Shown: one piece after another, positions 56,175 to 64,000 of the stretch
How positions within the stretch are numbered: the stretch's first letter is position 1
How the letters are laid out: each line of letters begins with the position of its first letter
Notes under the pieces: generated by a model
Told to the model about the DNA's origin: nothing
The model's input: only the letters and a program-made list of their open reading frames with translations
Databases searched by the model: none
Origin: Octopus vulgaris
Taxonomy: Eukaryota
Assembly: GCA_951406725.2 (NCBI GenBank)
Contig: OX597835.1
Location: 26,536,001 to 26,600,000, forward strand
Direction of reading: 5' to 3'
Length of the DNA: 64,000 nt
Program-made: the position numbers and the translations under genes

Positions 56175-57265
56175 CATTATTATTATTATTATTATTATCA
56201 TTATTATTATTATAATCCTTTCTACTAAAGGCATAATCTGGTGGGATTACATTGATTACATTGACCCCCAGTACTTGACTGGTACTTATTTCATTGACCC
56301 CGCAAAGACGAAAGGCAGAGTTGCTCTTGGTGGAATTTGATCTCAGAACGTGAAGACGGACAAGAAACGTTCTTCATTGGTGGCGGTTGACTTCTTGGAG
56401 CAATTCAAAGGAAAGGAAATCCCGTAGAAAGGTTGAAAACCTCAAAAGCACTTCGTCTCTGTGTCTTTCATTCTACTTTGAAATACTCGTTTAGCGTACG
56501 ACCGCCCGTTCAATCTCGCTAGTCTCCCTCCCACTCCCGCCCATACCAGAAGGCAGCATCTTCCTTTCACTCTGTCACCATCCCCTCTTCAAGTGGCACT
56601 TCAAGAAGTTAACGAGTTTGGCCAAACAGGAAAAATACTTGTTTTCAAACATTTCAAACAGTGCCTTATGCTTTCAGCCAACAGACAGAGAAAAACGTAA
56701 CCAGTTTTCTCTGCTAAAGGAATGCACCGCGTCGATTATTATTATTACTACAGGTTCGGCTGATAAACAGATTCGCTCTACAGCCAACAGCAGTTGTTCG
56801 ACACAAGACAGCAGATCAGTAATGAATGGATGCGGCAGGATACCTCGCCTGAAGGCTTTCGTCGAGCTGTAAGCATCTCGGATGGGTTCGGCTGCTGGCA
56901 TTTTCGTGACTATAAAACTTATTTCGAACAGGTAATGCTCCCCATCAGTAGTCCTTGACTATGAAATCCTCCAGAATAGACTACTCAGATTACTTTATGC
57001 GAAATCCAAAGTGGTTCCCTTGTCTAGGCATCGTCGCTCATAAATTACAATAATCCTCTTTAATATGCGAGAGATGTTATCTAAGCGAAGGCGTTGTTCA
57101 AATAATGAAGTGCTGTGAGAGCCTGGTAATGTTCTAAATGCCAAGCATCCAGTCTCCTCCAGTTTTGGTCTCAGCGTTAACCTAGAATTGCGGTTTGGTC
57201 AAAGACATAAGCTGCGGGAAGCCGGGTTGCACAAAAGGCGTCTGTACTTGTTCACTCATGATTTA

Positions 57266-57945
57266 TCGTCAGCATGAAAGTCGTCAGCATCGACGTCGTC
57301 AGCACCAATGTTGTCAGCATGAACGTCGTCAGCATCAACGTCGTCAGCATCAACGTCGTCAGCATGAACGTCGTCAGCACCAACGTTGTCAGCATCAACG
57401 TCGTTAGCATGAACGTCGTCAACATGAACGTCGTCAGCATGAGCGTCGTCAGCTTGAACGTCGTCAGCATGAACGTCGTCAGCATGAACGTCATCAGCAT
57501 GAACGTCGTCAGCATGAACGTCATCAGCACCAATGTTGTCAGCATGAACGTCGTCAGCATGAACGTCATCAGCATGAACGTCGTCAGCATGAACGTCGTC
57601 AGCATGAACGTCGTCAGCATGAACGTCGTCAGCACCAACGTTGTCAGCATGAACGTCGTCAGCATGAACGTCGTCAGCATCAGCGTCGTCAGCACCAATG
57701 TCGTCAGCATGAACGTCGTCAGCATGAACGTCATCAGCATGAACGTCGTCAGCATGAACGTCGTCAGCATCAACGTCGTCAGCATCAGCGTCGTCAGCAC
57801 CAATGTCGTCAGCATGAACGTCGTCAGCATGAACGTCATCAGCATGAACGTCGTCAGCATCAACGTCGTCAGCATCAACGTCGTCAGCACCAACGTCGTC
57901 ACCATCAATGTCGTCAGCATTAACGTCGTCAGCATGAACGTCATC
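57266..57945. repeat. CpG-rich 15-bp minisatellite, about 45 units (consensus GTCGTCAGCATGAAC)
   Basis: Strict 15-nt periodicity with point variants and no visible frameshifting indels. Confidence 0.96.
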
Positions 57946-58054
57946 ACAGCGGCCCCGATATTCTTGTAGCTGTATCAGCCTCAGAATGTACCCTCGCATC
58001 ATTTGTGACGAGATCCCGAAACCACCACCGAGATGTTGATGTATATATACATAT

Positions 58055-58152
58055 ATACGACGGGCTTCTTTCAGTTTCCGTCTACCCAATCCACTCACAA
58101 GGCTTTAGTCGTCCCGAGGTTTTAGTAGTAGACATTTGTCCAAGGTGTCACG
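58055..58152 (-). mobile_element. SINE family A fragment
   Basis: tacgacgggcttctttcagtttccgtctacc...ccactcacaaggcttt. Confidence 0.85.
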
Positions 58153-59592
58153 CGAGAGAAACAGAAAATGGTGGTGCAGGCAGATCTGTGGGGCCTTTCT
58201 TAACTGCACCCTACACATAGTAACCCATGGGGTTACAACAGTGAGAATTAGGTCAGAAATGTGGGCTAGTAAAATCGTGAAAATTCCTCTAACTGCTTCT
58301 GGCTCTTTCCGAAAGTATGGCAAGTAGCCGAACACTTCTGTCGCACATCTGGCCATCCAGTGGCAACCACTCCAGCCAGAGTTTGACCACAGTCTCCAAC
58401 AGCTTCACATTGTCGTCTGTTCCAATCAGTGGGGTGGCATGACATCAGCCTCACTGGAGGCACACCCAAGAGCCATTACATTTTAGAGGGAATTGGTTTT
58501 CATGATGTCTATATCAAGCCTTACAGCCTTCAGAGAGTACACAGAGCATTGAGCAGCAGTCATGATGTCCGCATTTTCATACCCGGTACGATTCGTCATC
58601 GTACAGGTAACTCTTTTCCAATATTCAGAGAGCTATAAGGTTTCATTCAAGCATTGTACTATGAGTTCAGTGAATCCTATAACGGAAACAGCTGTAAGGT
58701 AATGAAGTCCATAACATAACTATTTATTCATTTGTCATCACATTTTTATTGTTACTGCTCTGTACTTGACTAACATTTTGTTTTGAAGCATACGTTTATT
58801 GAGTTCTACACCAGTTTATTAATATCGCAATGTCTCAACGAAACAGAAAGTATGTGGGCGAGAGAGAAAGATAGATAGAGAGAGAGAGAGAGAGACAGAG
58901 CGGAAGATGGGAGGGGTGAGAGAGATTCTTCCTCGTCATCGAGTGATTGTGTAATCGACTCAATGTTGCCACAGAAGCAAACGAATGTCTCTGATCATGT
59001 TGTTTTCGTTGTTGATATTGCTGCGCCGCCGCCGCCCCTGGTTTTACTGCTCGTCCTATTGCTGTTGTTGTTGTTGTTGCTGTTGTTGTTCTTGTTTGCG
59101 GTGAATTCATGCGTGTAACTGCTCTAGGGAAAGAGAATATATTTGCTACGTTTAATTTGATAAAAGAATGGAAGATGCTTTCTTCATTTTACGTTTCATT
59201 TTACCAACAAAGAACTCCAGAATATTTACAGTCGATGTCGGTTTGGTTGTTTTTGTTGTTGCTGCTGCCATTAAAATGTGAAAGTTTATCTTAATTTTAT
59301 TTTCCTCTTTTATATCTAACTGCTTTTACAATCAATTTATGTTTAAATTTCCAGTTTATTTCCCCTAATTCTTGTGGGCGTATGTGTTGTTATTATCTTT
59401 ATGTAGGAGTAGAAATGGGATCTTTTCTGCTCGGATGCCACTTTTCAATTTTTTCAATGTTTCTTCCATTTGATTTCATATTTGGTGAATTGGTGTAGCT
59501 TTGTAGGTTCATTATTTAACGTGAAATTCATTTTCGCCATAAATCGATAAAGAGTCAATAGCTTCTAAAGTTTGTAAATTTGGAGAACTTTT

Positions 59593-59890
59593 AGCCAATC
59601 AAAAACCACAGATAAATAAATGCCTGTTTCCATAGTAACAAGCCAAGCCGTTACCAAGTCGCTTAGCCTCATGATCCTTTTTTTGTTTATTAAATGCTTA
59701 AAACTCATGAGGTGTCACGTGGTTGTAAAAATAAAAGCTAAACAGGCCTTAATTCACGAACCAAAATCTTGGGTGTTTATTTTTGCATAATTGTATGAAT
59801 TCCCTAGTGTAGAATACAAATTTGCAAACATTTTCTGAAAATACCAAAAGATAATGGAATTGTGAGGATGTGTTGTCAACTGTAAACAAA
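59593..59890. promoter_or_regulatory. Candidate cis-regulatory cluster (CCAAT box, RFX X-box, E-box, Forkhead site)
   Basis: AGCCAATCA 59593-59601, GTTTCCATAGTAAC 59626-59639, GTCACGTG 59714-59721 and TGTAAACAAA 59881-59890, all in unique sequence. Confidence 0.35.
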
Positions 59891-60012
59891 TATTGCAAGA
59901 AATAAGAGTTAGGTTTTTCCTTTATGATATCGCATTGCGCTTAGCTGTTTATATTAACATTTTATATACGCATTAGCATTCCGCTAAATCATTCATAAAT
60001 TCTTATAATAAG

Positions 60013-60105
<93 letters not shown>

Positions 60106-60204
60106 GCATATATATATATACATATATATATATATACCGGAGTAAACACATAAATGTGAAACAAGGTGGAAAAAAGAGTACTCAAATACCAGTGGTAGAG
60201 TAAA

Positions 60205-60242
60205 CTGTCCGACGAACGGAAACGGGAAACTCAGAGTAACAG
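60205..60242 (+). ncRNA. Minimal hammerhead-like motif (CCGACGA core) in a (TA)n-flanked short repeat
   Basis: CTGT-CCGACGA-ACG-GAAA-CGG-GAA-ACTC-A-GAGT-A-ACAG. Confidence 0.62.
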
Positions 60243-60295
60243 GTTTTGTTGAATTTTCTGCAGCTTTAAATAAAGTATATATATATATATATTTA

Positions 60296-60474
60296 AGCGC
60301 AGGAGTGGCTGTGTGGCTGTGTGGTAGTAGCTTGCTTACCAAGCACATAATTCCGGGTTCTGTCCCCACTGCGTGGCACCTTGGACAAGTGTCTTCTACT
60401 ATAACTTCGGGCTGACCAAAGCCATGTGAGTAGATTTGGTAGACGAAAGCTGAAAGAAGCCCGTCGTATATAAG

Positions 60475-60527
<53 letters not shown>

Positions 60528-60725
60528 CTGTGTCTGCCCCCCTCCCCCAACATCACTTGACAACCGATGCTGATGTGTTTACGTCACCGTAACTTAGCGG
60601 TTCGGCAAAAGAGACCGATAGAATAAGTACTAGGCGTACAAAGAATAAGCCCTGGGATCGATTTGTTCGTCTAAAGGCGGTGCTCCAACATGGCCGCAGT
60701 CAAATGACTGAAACACATAAAAGAA
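60296..60725 (+). mobile_element. Full-length SINE family A
   Basis: Head, internal (TA)/(TG)n and tail. Solo tails also at about 12380-12545, 61225-61445 and 62845-63065. Confidence 0.92.
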
Positions 60726-62312
60726 TATGCGGAAGTAGCCGAACATGTACCGTTCGAGCAGTCCTAAATGAAGAGATATACGGAATAGACGAACCTAGTC
60801 GTCTAATCCGAGGATTTCCGAGTCGGTATGGCTCCCCTGTCACCATATATCTGCCCTCTTCTCCCAGCATTGAAAGTATTTTAACTCTTATTGTAGCAAT
60901 GTCTGTGCGTCGGCACCAATAGTCACACTCAGTGACGATTGGACTGTGTGTGCGTGCGCGCGTGCATACGTGTGCGCGTGTATGTACCTACATACATACA
61001 TACATACATACATACATACATACATACATACATACATACACACATAAAGATATACATCCACGTACTGTACTAATACGAATATTTACAAAATTGATGAAGA
61101 TTATTATCGTACCTACCAACAAACTCACACACAAACACACACATCAACACACGCACACACACACACACTATTCGTATGTGGTATATAAATATATATATAT
61201 GTGTGTATGTGTGTGTGCGTGTGTGTGTTTGACTATTGCCACCGCTTGACAACCGGTGTTGGTGTGTTTATGACCCTCCCCCACCACACACACACAAATG
61301 AGACAATGGGATAAATGCCAGGCTTTAAAAGATAAAATAAAAATTGAGATTGATTATTTCAACTAAATTTCTTCAAGGCTGTGCCCCAGCATGGCCGCAG
61401 TCTTCAAGGCTGTGCCCCAGCATGACTGAAACAAGAAAACGAATAAAAGAATAAAACAATATGTATGTATGTACGCTTGTATGTATGCATGTACGCATGT
61501 ATGTATGTATGCATGCATGTATGCATGTTTCAGCGTATGTATATCCACACGCATATATCGTATGTATATCCACACATGTATATCTATGCCAACATAGGCA
61601 CGTGGATCTTATGAAATGCTAGACCTATCCGGATAAATTATGAAATATTTGCATCACCAGGAAGTTTTACCACGGCCTTCATTAACTCGAATTCAACAGA
61701 AGGTCGACCTGAATTATTCCTGAATAAATATTCCGGCTACAATAAAAGTCAATCTTCATTTAATTTACGTTGAAAAATATCGTGACTAAACTTTCTAATG
61801 AATCAAGCAGTTTGCAGAAACACAATGTGTCCCGTTTATGTATATTTATTCAATTACAAATATTTTTTTCCTTCCCAACGTAATATAAAGCTCTAGAAAT
61901 TAGTTTATAAGGCACTCTTGAAGCCGCTGATCGCAGAGTACATCTCATGACCTGTTGTGGAGAATGGTGTATTCATAGCTATGAATACAGTTGTTCCCTG
62001 TACTTGTTGTTTGGTTTTTGTCGAGCATTGGTGTGTTTAAGTATGGAAGGCATGAACTCTTATGAAGTTTCACCGAATTCTGATGCATTGTAATGCTATT
62101 GTTGCCGGCGAGGGAGAGGGAGGAGAGACAAAGAAATACAAAATGAAGCCGATCTTCTTTTAATTCTATCTGAGGAATTTCCTGGTACCACTTATTTTTC
62201 CATGGTGGCCATGTTGTAGAAACACGATGTGTCCTATTCTTGTGTATGTGTGTGTGTGTGTGTGTATGTGTGTGTGTGTGTGTGCATGTGGGTGTATACA
62301 TAGATACATACA

Positions 62313-62354
<42 letters not shown>

Positions 62355-62386
62355 CATATATACATATATATATATATGTGTGTGTG

Positions 62387-62422
<36 letters not shown>

Positions 62423-62477
62423 TATATATGTATATAGATAGATCGACAGATAGATAGATAGATGGATAGATAGATAA

Positions 62478-62539
<62 letters not shown>

Positions 62540-63111
62540 CATATATACGTGTGTGCAGATATACATACATATGTATACATGCATGTACACATTTAGATAT
62601 ATGTGTGGAGGGTGAGTATATGTGGGTGGGTGTGTATATGCGTGTGTGTGTGTGTGTGCGTTCGTGCGTGCGTGTAATTATATTTATGCTTCGAAGTAGT
62701 ATTTAATTCAGTTTGCTAACGGTAGATATTGGAACTACAGTACAATATCAGCTCAGAAAGACTGGTAAATAAGACAACACAGCAGATTTCACGATTTCGT
62801 TCACTAAGCTTCACAAGTGTATGTTGTGTGTGTGTGTGTGTCTGTGTATCTTTGTGTCTATGTTTGTCTCCCCACCACCGCTTGACAACCGGCGTTGGGG
62901 TGATTGCGTCCCCGTAAGTTGGCGGTTCGGCAAATGAGACCGATAGAATAAGTACCGGGTTTTAAAGAAAAAGTTCCAGGGTTGATTCATTCGACTAAAG
63001 TTTCAAGGCGGTGCCCCAGCATGGCCGCAATCTAATGACTGAAGCAACTAAAGGATAAAAGATAAAAGAAATACATACATACATACATACATACATACAT
63101 ACATACATACA

Positions 63112-63182
<71 letters not shown>

Positions 63183-63190
<8 letters not shown>

Positions 63191-63560
63191 ACCTCACAGT
63201 ACGAGTGTAATTCGTTCCATGACCGAGCTCGTCTTACGATTTACTCGATTTACAAATCAATTTTCCCCCTTTGAAATTAACTAAAATATATTTAATCCGT
63301 TCCACCTCCCCCAAGACCACTCAAAATTATTTTTCTATGGGTTTTAAAACAGAAAAAATATTAGTTACAAGTAAAATGATAATTATAAAAACGAGAATGC
63401 AAAAGAAATATGTAAAGTGGTTTCATTATGAAGTGAATTACATTAAAGTTGGGACGATTTGTGTGCTCGTACTGCGGATTTCGTACTTCAAGACAAAAAT
63501 GTGCACGGGTCTCGGCTCGTATAGCTAATCACTCGTACAATGTTGCGAGGTTCTCCTCTG
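63183..63560. mobile_element. Decayed Tigger-like MITE
   Basis: cagtgatacctc...tacgagtg at the left end and cactcgta...gaggt...ctg at the right end; internal ctcgta repeats. Confidence 0.6.
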
Positions 63561-63718
63561 TGTGTGTGTGTGTGTATGTGTATGTATGTGAATTATATAA
63601 GGGCCTCACATTGCATTATCAATGACTCATTTCAATGATTCTTTCTAGCAATGGCTTTGCTCGTATACGAGAAAGCAGTCCGTACATACACACACACACA
63701 CACACATATATATGTATG

Positions 63719-63792
<74 letters not shown>

Positions 63793-63831
63793 GATAGATA
63801 GATATAGATATATACATATATATATATCTAT

Positions 63832-63864
<33 letters not shown>

Positions 63865-64000
63865 CATACATACGTACGTGTGTGTGCAATAGTGTGTGTT
63901 TGTTTGTATATGTGTATGTGTGTGTGTTTGTATCTGACGCACACAGTCACATGTAAAAGCATAGACTCATAAAATAGGTGTCGTCTGGTTTTAAAGAATT

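Noticed and set aside
57266-57945. Possible CRISPR-like array
   Set aside because: Units are contiguous with no unique spacers, the context is eukaryotic, and no cas genes are present.

Overview
Eukaryotic, very AT-rich, repeat-saturated DNA with no recognisable host protein-coding exon. The SINE families and extreme (TA)n/(CA)n/(GATA)n/(TATG)n/(ATT)n load suggest an octopus or other coleoid cephalopod intron or intergenic region (inference). Almost all ORFs in the track are microsatellite artefacts. The real coding remnants are all from retroelements: two Penelope-like element (PLE) pieces (RT C-terminus and/or GIY-YIG), an R4/Dong-like LINE 3' end and a Tx1/L1-like RT fragment. Also present are four tRNA-derived SINE families, pogo/Tigger-like and hAT-like MITEs, a short intact Helitron, many fold-back palindromes and a CpG-rich 15-bp minisatellite. 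The most notable signal, read by eye, is about 15 type I hammerhead-ribozyme (HHR) motifs from several families. These include two identical HHRs exactly 500 nt apart in a direct repeat (retrozyme-like, potential circRNA), a divergent HHR pair, HHRs with very long stem II insertions and recurrent non-canonical cores. Coordinates were counted by hand and repeat boundaries are approximate.
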